From positions 9,127-73,126 of the forward strand of contig JBGUQN010000004.1 in assembly GCA_045131085.1 (NCBI GenBank): a stretch of DNA of 64,000 nt, written 5' to 3'. Positions 38,270 through 48,051 of this stretch are shown here, piece by piece (the stretch's first letter is position 1; each line of letters begins with the position of its first letter). A model generated the notes under the pieces. That model saw nothing but the letters and a program-made list of their open reading frames with translations, was not told where the DNA came from and searched no databases. The stretch comes from Fibrobacter sp. Its GTDB lineage: Bacteria > Fibrobacterota > Fibrobacteria > Fibrobacterales > Fibrobacteraceae. The translations under genes and the position numbers were made by a program.

Positions 38270-39136
38270 CTATAAAGCGCTTTCAGGGTGATAATTGAGG
38301 TCTTTTTCTGCATTTTCGATGCCCGGAACGGCATCGTAGAGGAATCCGGCAAGCGCCTGTTCGGCCGAAACTCGCCTCCCGCCTATGCGATTCTTGAACA
38401 CGGCAAGCAAACGGGCAAGCCACCAGGGCAACGGGACCATCCAGTGTCTGAGCCCCGCCTGCCTGAGCACGCGGCGCGCCATTTCGGCCATCGTCATCAC
38501 CTCGGGGCCGGCAAGCGCATACGTCTTGCCCACCGCATCGCGAGTAAGCCCCGCGGCGGCAATGCCCTTCACCAAATCGACACTCCGGACCGGGCGTTTT
38601 TTGGAGACGCCGCCACCGGGCATCGGGTATAACGGGAACCGGCACACGAAATCCGCAAACATCCGAAATTCCACGCCGCCGCCATCGCCTATCACGAGGG
38701 TCGGCCGCACAATGGTCCATTCGAGTCCGGAATTTTTCACCGCCTCTTCGCCGGCGAGTTTACTTTCACCGTAAGGCGTCCGCACCGGATAAGTTACCGA
38801 AATGCTCGAGACATAGAGCAAGCGGCGGACACCGGCATCCTGGCACGCCGAAACTACGTTCCGCGTACCGCCCGCATTTATCTTTTCAAAAGCCCTGGCA
38901 TCGTTCGAAAGGAGAATCGCCGCCAGGTGGAACACGCAGTCCACGCCGTCAAAAGCGGGGCGAATGGATTTATAATCCGCGACATTGCCATAAGCCACTT
39001 CTACACCGGGAGGAAGCGATTCCACAAGAGTGTCGCCCGGGAGCGAAAGAACGCGCACACACACACCGCGGTTCAATAGTTCCCGGCAGAGCGCCCTCCC
39101 TACGACGCCTGCACCTCCCGTTACAAGCACCTTCAT
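38270..39136 (-). CDS. NAD-dependent epimerase/dehydratase (atypical SDR)
   Basis: VLVTGGAGVVG, FHLAA, YGESK, WTIVRP; its start overlaps the dnaA-like stop codon. Confidence 0.88.
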   Translation of the reverse strand: MKVLVTGGAGVVGRALCRELLNRGVCVRVLSLPGDTLVESLPPGVEVAYGNVADYKSIRPAFDGVDCVFHLAAILLSNDARAFEKINAGGTRNVVSACQDAGVRRLLYVSSISVTYPVRTPYGESKLAGEEAVKNSGLEWTIVRPTLVIGDGGGVEFRMFADFVCRFPLYPMPGGGVSKKRPVRSVDLVKGIAAAGLTRDAVGKTYALAGPEVMTMAEMARRVLRQAGLRHWMVPLPWWLARLLAVFKNRIGGRRVSAEQALAGFLYDAVPGIENAEKDLNYHPESAL

Positions 39137-40617
39137 CAGGTCTCCAGCATGTAACGGATATCCCTGACGCGCCTTGCAAGGGCTGCATCCTTGTCCATCA
39201 TGTCGATCAGGGAACGAATGGCGGCGATCACCGTGGAGTAATCGCGATTGAAAATCTTTCCCACTTCCTGTTCTGTTTCCGTCGTGAGTTCACGGCAGAG
39301 GAACATGGCAATCTTGCGCGGGATAGAAGCGCCCTTGTCCTGGCGCTTGGAGGAAAGCACTACAGCATCGATATTGAACGATGCGGCAACAGTCTCGCTG
39401 ATGCACTTGAGCGTAAGCGTTGCGCCATCGTTCTGCGGGGAAACCAGCAACTGCTTGATGCAGCGCAGGTTCAGTTCCACACCGTTCAGGCTGTGCATCG
39501 CATCGAGCCAGTTGAGGAGACCTTCAATAAGGCGGAAGTTTGCACGCGGCGGAATAGAGAGGAACCTGCAAATTTCTTCGCGGTCGTCGCTTGCAAACGG
39601 CAGGCGTTCGGACTTCATGCGAATAACGCCCATACGCGTATTCAAATCGGGTTCATCCATGCCCACGGCCACGCAGTCTTCCAGGTACTTCAAAAGGACA
39701 GATGTCAGCTGCGGAACGGCGGCATCCTTAGAAGGCTTTTCACCCTCATCAAGCTTCTTGAACGAAGCCGGATGGCGGTCGCACGAAAGGATAACCTGCT
39801 TGCCGTCGTTGCGCAGGTTGTTAATCATCCTGGCAAGAATCTTCTGGCTATAGACGCTGCTCTTGAGCAACTGGATATCATCTATAAGAAGGACATCGCA
39901 TTCAGAATAGAGCTGCCTGAAGTTTTCCTTGCGTTCGGCCTGCTTTTCCCACTGCTTTGCCTGCCCCGCTTCGACAATCGACACCGTATCGCGCAAGAAG
40001 TCGTAGGCCTGCCTATATACAATCTTAAGTTCCGGCTTTTCGGACAAAAGCTTTGCCGCCACCGCATGGAGCAAGTGAGTCTTGCCGAGGCCCGAAGCGC
40101 CATAAACGAGGAGCGGGTTCATCGCGCGGTCACCCGGTTTTTCGACAACTGAAATGCATGCCTTGTACGCAAGGGAATTGCACGAACCTTCCACAAAGTT
40201 TTCGAACGTGTAGCGCGCATACATCGGGGACCCTAGAAGGGTCTTTTTCTTCACGCGCTTTACCTGTGCCGCCTGCTTTGCGGCCTGCTTCACTACAGCC
40301 GGGACCGGATTGGCAAGCTTCATTTCAGGTACCGGAGCAGACATTTCACGCAAACGTACACGGTAATCTACAAACGTGCTCCCGACAACGGAAGCGAACG
40401 CCTCGCGCAAAAGTTCACCATAATGACTATTGAGCCATGTTTCGCGGAACTTGTCCGGAACGGAAATCCATGCGATTCCGTCGTTCATTCCTTCGAACTC
40501 GATCGTTTCGAAGAATTGCATTCCAAAAGCGTTGAATTCTCCCTTGGACATCATATAGTCCTTCACGGACTGCCAGGGCGAAGTCGACAAATTCAATAAA
40601 GCAATCGTATTATCCAC
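39136..40617 (-). CDS. dnaA: DnaA-family protein (divergent; possibly a second copy)
   Basis: YTFENFVEGSCN, NPLLVYGASGLGKTHL, LLIDDIQ, SCDR, NFRLIEG, domain IV PRKIAMFLCRELT..RDYSTVI; GTG start. Confidence 0.85.
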   Translation of the reverse strand: MDNTIALLNLSTSPWQSVKDYMMSKGEFNAFGMQFFETIEFEGMNDGIAWISVPDKFRETWLNSHYGELLREAFASVVGSTFVDYRVRLREMSAPVPEMKLANPVPAVVKQAAKQAAQVKRVKKKTLLGSPMYARYTFENFVEGSCNSLAYKACISVVEKPGDRAMNPLLVYGASGLGKTHLLHAVAAKLLSEKPELKIVYRQAYDFLRDTVSIVEAGQAKQWEKQAERKENFRQLYSECDVLLIDDIQLLKSSVYSQKILARMINNLRNDGKQVILSCDRHPASFKKLDEGEKPSKDAAVPQLTSVLLKYLEDCVAVGMDEPDLNTRMGVIRMKSERLPFASDDREEICRFLSIPPRANFRLIEGLLNWLDAMHSLNGVELNLRCIKQLLVSPQNDGATLTLKCISETVAASFNIDAVVLSSKRQDKGASIPRKIAMFLCRELTTETEQEVGKIFNRDYSTVIAAIRSLIDMMDKDAALARRVRDIRYMLET

Positions 40618-40618
40618 A
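40610..40618 (+). promoter_or_regulatory. Perfect DnaA box TTATCCACA overlapping the start codon of the dnaA-like gene
   Basis: Exact 9-mer; the GTG start codon is CAC at 40615-40617 on the + strand. Confidence 0.6.
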
Positions 40619-40999
40619 ATAAACCAAAAACAAGAGGGGCTAAAAAATCGTTAGGTCTAAAAATTAGATAAAGGAGCCATAGCGAAATCGATGGCGAAAT
40701 TTTTTTTGGAGAAAGGTCCCAAAATGCTACAAAAAAGGTATTTTCCGCGAAAAAAAATTTTATACCCGATTCTATCCCCATTTTTGGGGTGTTTAATCAC
40801 GCAGGAATCAAACTGTCATCCCAATCAAAAGCACAACATATCAACAGAAAAATTTTGAATCATCCCTTGACAGCGAAAATAATGAACAAAAAAGCACTAT
40901 TTACAACAAAATTGGCGTTTTTACGCCATTTCGGGGCATTTTTTGTCATTTAAAAAACGTAACTCGTTGATATTACAATAGTTATGTAAGGTTTAAATA

Positions 41000-42457
41000 T
41001 TATTTTCTCGCGAAAACAATAAAGTATGCATCAACATAGGCTGTTGACCAATCCGGGGACTTTTTGAGGGCATTTATGACCCCTCCCCAGCGGGCATAGA
41101 AACGCAGGGGGAAAAGCGCCCGATCGACCCCTAGGGAATCGGCATCGGAAAGGAACAGCGACGGCTCGGCGGAATAGCGCAGGTAGCGCTCGAAAAAGTC
41201 TGCCGTCTTGAGTATGAAACGCCCGTCGATATAGATGGAATCAGACGGATTCATGAACGCAAGGTAGCCGCCGGCACGGTCATCGTTGAAAAGCCTGCCC
41301 TCATGAGGGTGAGCCTTCATCCAGGCGGCAGCACCCACAGGCACACGCTGGTAGGCGACCATATGCTTATCGTACGCAGCAAGCGACTTCGCCCAGAACC
41401 CAAGCAAACAGGCGACAAGGACAACGGGAGACACGCGCACCACAGGCCCCATCGCTGCAAAATCCGGCAAACGTAGAATCTCTTGCCGCGGAGAACAAAG
41501 TACCGCAATAAACAACGGGAACAACAGCACAAAGTTCCGCTCGGCAACAAGCGCAAGAATCGATGTTACAAACAAACTCACATTCAAGACTAAATCGCGA
41601 CGATACTTGAACAGGTTTACCAAGGAATATGCCAGCGAAAAAAACACAACAGCGAGCATAAACGCCGACGCAAGCAAGTTCTCGCCCGCCATAAGAAGCG
41701 TAATCGGGCTACGGTTCTCCGCAATCTCGCTTGCAAAAATTGCTGCAGAAGGAGAAATGCCTAGCAGCCTGTCCAGGAGCCCGAACGGGTAAAGGAACAG
41801 GCACACGCCTTCACCGTGTAAAAGGGGCATCGCAAAAAGTAGCGTCACAAATACGATAGGCGCAACCATCTGGAACTTTCGTTGCACGGGCCGATTCCTG
41901 TACAACGCGTGCGCAAGGCACAACAGCGCAAAAAGTGGACCCAAGATGTATAACCCCTGGAACTTGCACCAGAGCCACTGCAGCAAAAGCAGGGCAATCG
42001 CCACAAGGCAGGTCTTTACCCGGTCTGTAGCATGCTTATCGCCCGAAGAAAACCGCGCAAGCAACCATGGCACGACATTCCAGTACACTCCGAGGAATAG
42101 GAGCGTAAATACAACCGGGCGCATTTCCAGCTGGAAGCGGAGCACAAACAAATAAAATACTGCGACCGCCACTACAATAGGTTTAGCACGGCTACGCAAA
42201 CCCGCAGGGTACAAGAACAGCGCAAACACGGAGCCCCACAGGAGAGCCTTGAAAACCACAAGCAGCGGCGCTCCGCCTATGCAATACACCGCATACACAA
42301 CCTGCTGGAAATATTCATGGATATTCGGGAGCCCTTCACGGACGGGACTCCACGTCACCACCCACTCTCGTGCGCACGCCAGATGCCACCAAATGTCCGT
42401 ATCCGTCAGCGGAAACAGCGCAAACAGGAACGCGAACAGAGCTACAAAGAACTTCAT
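41000..42457 (-). CDS. Polytopic membrane protein, GT-C-like architecture
   Basis: DTDIWWHL motif after the first helix, many transmembrane segments, soluble C-terminal FN....GGYL..IDGR. Confidence 0.6.
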   Translation of the reverse strand: MKFFVALFAFLFALFPLTDTDIWWHLACAREWVVTWSPVREGLPNIHEYFQQVVYAVYCIGGAPLLVVFKALLWGSVFALFLYPAGLRSRAKPIVVAVAVFYLFVLRFQLEMRPVVFTLLFLGVYWNVVPWLLARFSSGDKHATDRVKTCLVAIALLLLQWLWCKFQGLYILGPLFALLCLAHALYRNRPVQRKFQMVAPIVFVTLLFAMPLLHGEGVCLFLYPFGLLDRLLGISPSAAIFASEIAENRSPITLLMAGENLLASAFMLAVVFFSLAYSLVNLFKYRRDLVLNVSLFVTSILALVAERNFVLLFPLFIAVLCSPRQEILRLPDFAAMGPVVRVSPVVLVACLLGFWAKSLAAYDKHMVAYQRVPVGAAAWMKAHPHEGRLFNDDRAGGYLAFMNPSDSIYIDGRFILKTADFFERYLRYSAEPSLFLSDADSLGVDRALFPLRFYARWGGVINALKKSPDWSTAYVDAYFIVFARK

Positions 42458-45147
42458 TTCGAATTGTATGTCTTTAGCAGTGTATTCAGTTTGAGCGTAA
42501 GGGCACGGGAGCCAAAAAGATTCAGATGGTCATCGTCTGCAGCCATCTCGGGCGTGTAATCATGCTTGCCCATCTTGTTTTCGTCCATCAGATGGAAATT
42601 CTTGTATTTCTTTTCCAATGCAGAAATTTCCTTGATAAGTTTCGGGGCCTCGCTCCGCCTAATACCGTAACGCCCGAAAGACCCTGTTTTGGCATAAGCA
42701 GGATTCTGCGGGAAAATAACACCGATTACCTGGATCTTGTTTTTCGCAGCGAGTTCAATAATTTCTTTCAAGACTTCCAGGTTGTCATCGAAACTTTTGC
42801 GATCCTCGCTGACCCAGTTGCTATCGTACAACACCGTAGGCTTTTCGTCCCAACCTGCCAAAGCGTTAGAGGTATACAGCCCACGGTGGAACTTCATCTT
42901 CTCGCCTTCCTCCGTCCCCACGGAAGCCATCGTGTACTGATAAATTTTAGCATCCCGGTCATCTTTCCAGTAGTTATGGTTTTCATCATAGACAAACCCC
43001 GGGTACAACTTATAGCGTTCATAGAACACATTGTCTTCTTCCGCTTTTTTCCACCAGAAATCAATGTCGAGAGAAATGACAAGATACCGCAAGTTTAAAA
43101 CATTGCCAAGAACATAGCGTTCAAACATTTCCTTCGTAATGACAATGGAATTCGGCGTCTGCGCCAAATTTATCGCGAAGAAGGCCTTCAAGAACGATGG
43201 GTCCACACCAGAAAGGGGGCGTGACGACCCGAGAATCACCACGTCGGCAGAATCGCGGTAGCGCCACAGCAGTTCAAACTTATAGCGGTACAGCGACATT
43301 TCCATACTGCCGCCAGAGAGCATGTACACGCCAGCACTATCTATCGAAAGCGCGTTTTCATCATCAAGAGGGATAGATTCACCCAGCCAGATGTCCGGAT
43401 ACGTGATATCGGAACCTTCGGCGATTTCCGTCACCGAAGAATCCTTCAAACTAATCGTGATAATCTTGTGGTGAGCCCCGTTCCTGTCGACAAGAGTCCC
43501 TACCGCCATATCCTTGCGGCTCATCCATTCCGTATTATCGAAGCTATAGCCATTAGGCGACGGTATTCCCTGAACAAGTTGCCCGAGGCTATCGGCCACA
43601 AGGAGCATCTCGTGCGTACCATAATCCTGATTTGCAAACTTCCGCCCAGTCTTTCCACCGAAATCTAAGAACATGGTACGCTTGCTTCCATCTAGCGAGA
43701 GGCTCGCGTTACAAGCCTGTTCACCATTGTACCAAATTTCATCACGGACTTCGTCCATCAGGGTCATGCCCGAATCAGCACTTTTTGAACGCAACAGGCG
43801 GGCACCCGATACTGCCAGGCGCCTGTCTTCGCTGATGCCGCCATTGTAAGCGCCATTAGCAATCTTGGTCAATTCCCTGAAATTTCCATTGGCAAAACCA
43901 ACCTGCCAAGTACTCGCCGACTGGAACGCAGCTTCGTCCTTATTGTTTCCGCTGTAATCGACAAAGACAATAACCGTATCTCCGTTATCAAGCACGCGCC
44001 ACCTTGGAATTGCGCCCTGAACCTGCGTGAGTTCCCTGAGAACAGTACTCGTGACATCGAGCGGCCGCACATAGATATGCGATTTGCCCGAAACACCCTC
44101 TGGCGACGTGCAGAAAGCGACATACTTGCCGTCGGGCGATACAACCGGATGGTAGACATCCAGAGTATCGATAAATTCGTGCATAATCGGATTGCCAGTG
44201 ATAAAATTGACGTACATGAGGTTGCCGGAAGATTCCTTCCTAAAAACAAGCTTGCCGTTCATTGTTCCGAACAAGGCACGGAAAGCATCCGAAGAAATGG
44301 ATATATCAACATCGTCTTCGATGACAAAGCCCATGTAGTCCGTCATTGTCGGGTGCGGAATCGCTCCATATACAACGCGAAATCCGACATAGGCCGACTT
44401 CATGTCAGCAGTTATAGGATACACGTCGGTCCTGTCGTAAATATGGACATTAGAAGGGTCATCCCACATCGAGCCGCCCTTCAGGATTCTCGTATTAAGG
44501 TAACCGCCGCTATTTGTGCCGACATAATTTTCATAAGTCGTTTTCCTATAGGCACCGAGCCAGTCGTTCACCCACTCCTTGACTCCACCGATAAAGTCGC
44601 AAGGACGATCCAGGGTATCGGTAGCACAAGACACCTTCCAGTTTTTCTTGGCGATATACATCCATTCCGCCTCGGTCGGGAGCCTAAACGCGTCGACATC
44701 GAAATGCGTCACAAAATCAAGCAGCGCGACACATTTGCCTTCGGCATCAAATACCGCATCCGTATAGGTGTACACCGTATCGAGATCGTTCTTTTTGCTC
44801 AACTCGTTCGCATACAAGACCGCATCGTAAAACGTCACGTCTACAACCGGATTATCTAGAATATCGGGATCATAATTTTTTCCGAAAACTTCGCCATACT
44901 CCCTGTAGGTGACTTCGCGCTTGCCAATATAATAGTCGTAAGTAAACTTGACCTTCATCGACGGGCGCACCGACGGAATTTCCTTAGCATCGTCGGTCCC
45001 GAGAGTAACCTTTTTCCCGGTGGCATGGACAAGGACCATCCCGTCATCAAGTTCGAAATGCTCGTATTTTTCAATCAAATACGGCAACTCGGAATTCGAG
45101 CATCCTACAAAAAAGAGAAGAGCTATAAAAAGAAGAAATCGTATCAT
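42454..45147 (-). CDS. TIGR02171-type Fibrobacter lipoprotein (FGE-sulfatase-like, propeller-like and SGNH-like domains)
   Basis: Lipobox VGC; EVT, RLPTEAEW, EWVND, GFRV; HPVVSPDG; C-terminal GSSR..DDDHLN. Confidence 0.8.
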   Translation of the reverse strand: MIRFLLFIALLFFVGCSNSELPYLIEKYEHFELDDGMVLVHATGKKVTLGTDDAKEIPSVRPSMKVKFTYDYYIGKREVTYREYGEVFGKNYDPDILDNPVVDVTFYDAVLYANELSKKNDLDTVYTYTDAVFDAEGKCVALLDFVTHFDVDAFRLPTEAEWMYIAKKNWKVSCATDTLDRPCDFIGGVKEWVNDWLGAYRKTTYENYVGTNSGGYLNTRILKGGSMWDDPSNVHIYDRTDVYPITADMKSAYVGFRVVYGAIPHPTMTDYMGFVIEDDVDISISSDAFRALFGTMNGKLVFRKESSGNLMYVNFITGNPIMHEFIDTLDVYHPVVSPDGKYVAFCTSPEGVSGKSHIYVRPLDVTSTVLRELTQVQGAIPRWRVLDNGDTVIVFVDYSGNNKDEAAFQSASTWQVGFANGNFRELTKIANGAYNGGISEDRRLAVSGARLLRSKSADSGMTLMDEVRDEIWYNGEQACNASLSLDGSKRTMFLDFGGKTGRKFANQDYGTHEMLLVADSLGQLVQGIPSPNGYSFDNTEWMSRKDMAVGTLVDRNGAHHKIITISLKDSSVTEIAEGSDITYPDIWLGESIPLDDENALSIDSAGVYMLSGGSMEMSLYRYKFELLWRYRDSADVVILGSSRPLSGVDPSFLKAFFAINLAQTPNSIVITKEMFERYVLGNVLNLRYLVISLDIDFWWKKAEEDNVFYERYKLYPGFVYDENHNYWKDDRDAKIYQYTMASVGTEEGEKMKFHRGLYTSNALAGWDEKPTVLYDSNWVSEDRKSFDDNLEVLKEIIELAAKNKIQVIGVIFPQNPAYAKTGSFGRYGIRRSEAPKLIKEISALEKKYKNFHLMDENKMGKHDYTPEMAADDDHLNLFGSRALTLKLNTLLKTYNSK

Positions 45148-45203
45148 GTGCGTCCGTATACCAAATTTATAAAAACGGACGGAAGCTTTTTTGGAGGGAG
45201 CCT

Positions 45204-45974
45204 TTACATTCTATCCGGGAGGCGGTTCTTCGCTATTTCCTGGTTCACCCGGATTCCTGGATATTCCGGAAAAAGGTCTTCGGCGAGTCTGTACCAGCGG
45301 AGCGAACGGCTTACATCGGCTTCTAGATAGAGATTTCCGATATCGAAAGCGGCCAGGCCCATAAATTGCGCCGGCGTAAGCGGTTTGAATTCAAGGCCGG
45401 TCCAATGCCCTTCCCTATACTTATGGCGATATTCCTCATCCGTATAGCTATAACCGCGCCGGTTGGGTTCCAGGTTCACCGTCTTTGGCGCAAAACCTGC
45501 CTGCGCCCGCCCGTCATCCTTGCCATAGCGCAAATACACGTGCCCCGGCAGGAGAATCACCTCGAGCGGAATTCCGCGGGCTTCGGCGACCATCATCGCA
45601 AGCCACGAAAGCCCCATGCAACCCGACTTCCGGGTTTCAAGCACCCGCAGCGGGAGGATTGCCTCCGCAGAAACAGCCGCCTCGCCCGCACCTGCAAATT
45701 CGATATTCCAATAATCCCACAAGAGCAACTTCAACGAGGCTAGCGGATCGCGCGTTACCGTTAAACTGCTATCATAAAACGCAAGGCCTTCACGCCAGTC
45801 GCGAACGCTATCAATGCATGCGGGGTCACGATTCTCAAAGGTACACGCCATCTCGGCGTACTTCGCGTTTTCGGGGCGCCCCGTCCACAGCACAAGCGTA
45901 AGCGAGGCCGCCAGCAGGATTAGCAGCAGCGGCCAAAAGAACCGGGTAAATATCGACGAGAGTCGCGAAAACAT
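45204..45974 (-). CDS. SirB1-like transglutaminase-fold protein with a TPR-like C-terminus
   Basis: GCMGLSWL, LPGHVYLRY, NLEP; N-terminal transmembrane helix. Confidence 0.65.
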   Translation of the reverse strand: MFSRLSSIFTRFFWPLLLILLAASLTLVLWTGRPENAKYAEMACTFENRDPACIDSVRDWREGLAFYDSSLTVTRDPLASLKLLLWDYWNIEFAGAGEAAVSAEAILPLRVLETRKSGCMGLSWLAMMVAEARGIPLEVILLPGHVYLRYGKDDGRAQAGFAPKTVNLEPNRRGYSYTDEEYRHKYREGHWTGLEFKPLTPAQFMGLAAFDIGNLYLEADVSRSLRWYRLAEDLFPEYPGIRVNQEIAKNRLPDRM

Positions 45975-47981
45975 TTATCGCAAAGCGTCCCATTCCATCG
46001 GAGATTGCCAGAAGTCGCGCGCCGTCATCATGTAGATTACCAGGCGCTTGCTCTGCATATCCTTTTTCATCTTCATCATGCGGCTGCGCACGCCGGGGCC
46101 ACCGCCCCAACTCGTTACCACCTGAACGTCAAGGCCGGTCGCATATGCCAGCAGGGAACCCGGGCCGCCGCTCTTCTGGTCAACAGATTCAAACACACCC
46201 GTAAAGGAATCGCCCATCAGGAGTATCGGAGCATTCTTCCCGCCCTTGTAGGCATTTTCGCCCTTGTAAATCTTCATGCCCGCAAGTGTATCGGCAGTGT
46301 ACTTAGCCTTTTCGGCATCGGGCAAATGCGCCACCAGGTCGCCTTCGCGCAACACCATCGTATCCCTCATCACGAGGCTTCCGGGCTGAGCGCCAGATTC
46401 CGCATACCAACTGTATTGCGTCACGCGCGTTGCAATCTGTTCCAGTGCGGCAAGCATACCGGGCAAGGCCCAGTGCGTGTCATAGCGCTGGTAACTAAAG
46501 TGCGGGGGTTCATCACTTGCGCGCGCCGCCTTCAAAGCGGGGTATAAATCCATCACGTCAATCCCTGCCTCGAGCATCTGGCGAATGAACTTCTGGCCGT
46601 TCACGTTCACGCAGGCATCCGCAGGCGTTCCAGGGATTAACTTATCCGCATAAACTTCTTCTTTCACGGGGACAGGGATAACCAGCAGCTGGATATTCAA
46701 GGAATCTAGGTACTGTTTGAGTTCCTGCATGCGCGGGAGCGGATTGTGCAGGGAATCCTGCGCAGCGATATCGCCGGAGACAAGGTAATTTGCATTACGG
46801 CGGAACCACAGGAAGTTTTCTTCGGGCTTTACTCCGGCATTGGACCAGGCATTCTGTTCCTTCGGGAGTTTAGCAAGTTTCTTCTCGAGTTCTGCGCGGA
46901 ACTTGCGCGTTACATCTGTTTCCGGGCAAGCATTCTGCATGGAGGCAAGCGTCTGCAGGCGCGCATCCGATGTCGTATCGAGATGGCGGTCCACAGGGAT
47001 TACCTCACCCGCTGCCGCAAGCGAATCGGCAACGGCCTTGGCGCGCAGCTGTTCTGCACTCAAGCGGAACGCGGGCACTTCAAATGCAACCCACATCGGT
47101 TTGCCCATCGGGTTTCCGCGCATCACGGCAAACGGCTGATTTCGGGAGCCCTCAGGCCAGAAATCACCCGGAGCATGTTGTTCCAAATCGGTATTGAGCG
47201 TCGGGTACCAATAAGAAGAAAGCGTGCGAGCCCAGTTCATGACTTCTTCCGCATTCATCTCGGCCGTCAAATAAAAATTCAAGATTTCTGCGGATTCTCC
47301 CGAAGACACATACTTGAGCTTAGCAAAGAAGGGTGCACGGCCAGTCCATACGGCGGGCATGATTTCGGCCCACCACTGCACAACTCTGCCAGCAGAAGAT
47401 TCTACAGGCACACCCCAGAGACGGCTCACGCTCTGGAAGGCACGGAATACTTGCGGCTCGTTCCATTTGACGGCTTCCACCGCGTTCAATACCTGAGCAA
47501 GCGAATCATCACCAATCTGCGCATAGAGCAACTTGGAGAAGGGCTCCCAGGCGATAGGCGCTACACCTGCAACAGCCGCAGGCTCGTATTCAGAAAGCGA
47601 ATCGAGCATCGGGAACGGATAACCAGAGAGTTTTGCATCGGCCATCGTTCCCGCATAGTTTTCGGGCTTTTCTTCTTTGCCGGCGAGGCGTATCGGGTTT
47701 GCAAAATAGGCGGCAAAGTCAAGTGCCGCAAGAGTCGGCTTTTCGACAACGCGCACTTCGCGATTTTCGTCGACAATTCGCATTTCGAATACCGTCACAG
47801 GCGCGCTCGGGGCAGAAACCTTTGTTACCACCGAACCCGACTGTACAGCCGTTTCGCCCTGCTGTGCAGGCGCAGAAGCGCAAGCGCTCAACAAGAGCGA
47901 CGCCGTTAAGGCGCAAAATCCTGAAACGAGCATCGCGGGAGCGACGCGTGAAAGAGAAATTTTTTTCGAGGAATTGTTCAT
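45975..47981 (-). CDS. Lipoprotein with a C-terminal AlgX/AlgJ-type SGNH O-acetyltransferase domain
   Basis: Lipobox LSAC; VPVKEEVY, YQRYDTHW, GDL, LLMGDSF; start taken as ATG 47981. Confidence 0.75.
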   Translation of the reverse strand: MNNSSKKISLSRVAPAMLVSGFCALTASLLLSACASAPAQQGETAVQSGSVVTKVSAPSAPVTVFEMRIVDENREVRVVEKPTLAALDFAAYFANPIRLAGKEEKPENYAGTMADAKLSGYPFPMLDSLSEYEPAAVAGVAPIAWEPFSKLLYAQIGDDSLAQVLNAVEAVKWNEPQVFRAFQSVSRLWGVPVESSAGRVVQWWAEIMPAVWTGRAPFFAKLKYVSSGESAEILNFYLTAEMNAEEVMNWARTLSSYWYPTLNTDLEQHAPGDFWPEGSRNQPFAVMRGNPMGKPMWVAFEVPAFRLSAEQLRAKAVADSLAAAGEVIPVDRHLDTTSDARLQTLASMQNACPETDVTRKFRAELEKKLAKLPKEQNAWSNAGVKPEENFLWFRRNANYLVSGDIAAQDSLHNPLPRMQELKQYLDSLNIQLLVIPVPVKEEVYADKLIPGTPADACVNVNGQKFIRQMLEAGIDVMDLYPALKAARASDEPPHFSYQRYDTHWALPGMLAALEQIATRVTQYSWYAESGAQPGSLVMRDTMVLREGDLVAHLPDAEKAKYTADTLAGMKIYKGENAYKGGKNAPILLMGDSFTGVFESVDQKSGGPGSLLAYATGLDVQVVTSWGGGPGVRSRMMKMKKDMQSKRLVIYMMTARDFWQSPMEWDALR

Positions 47982-48020
47982 AAAAAAATCCACTAGAACG
48001 CTAATCGTGTTTCTAGTGGA
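47982..48020 (-). terminator. Intrinsic terminator-like hairpin
   Basis: 10-bp stem TCCACTAGAA/TTCTAGTGGA with an A-run on the left. Confidence 0.6.
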
Positions 48021-48051
48021 AATATAACTTTATATAGAGCACAAGGGATTT

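Noticed and set aside
40957-40998. dif site
   Set aside because: TTATGT resembles the start of a XerD arm, but the XerC arm and the 6-bp spacer arrangement do not fit.
40619-40999. oriC next to dnaA
   Set aside because: Only one perfect DnaA box, no dnaN, gyrB or rpmH, and by eye no switch in strand composition or gene orientation here. Not formally excluded without a skew calculation.
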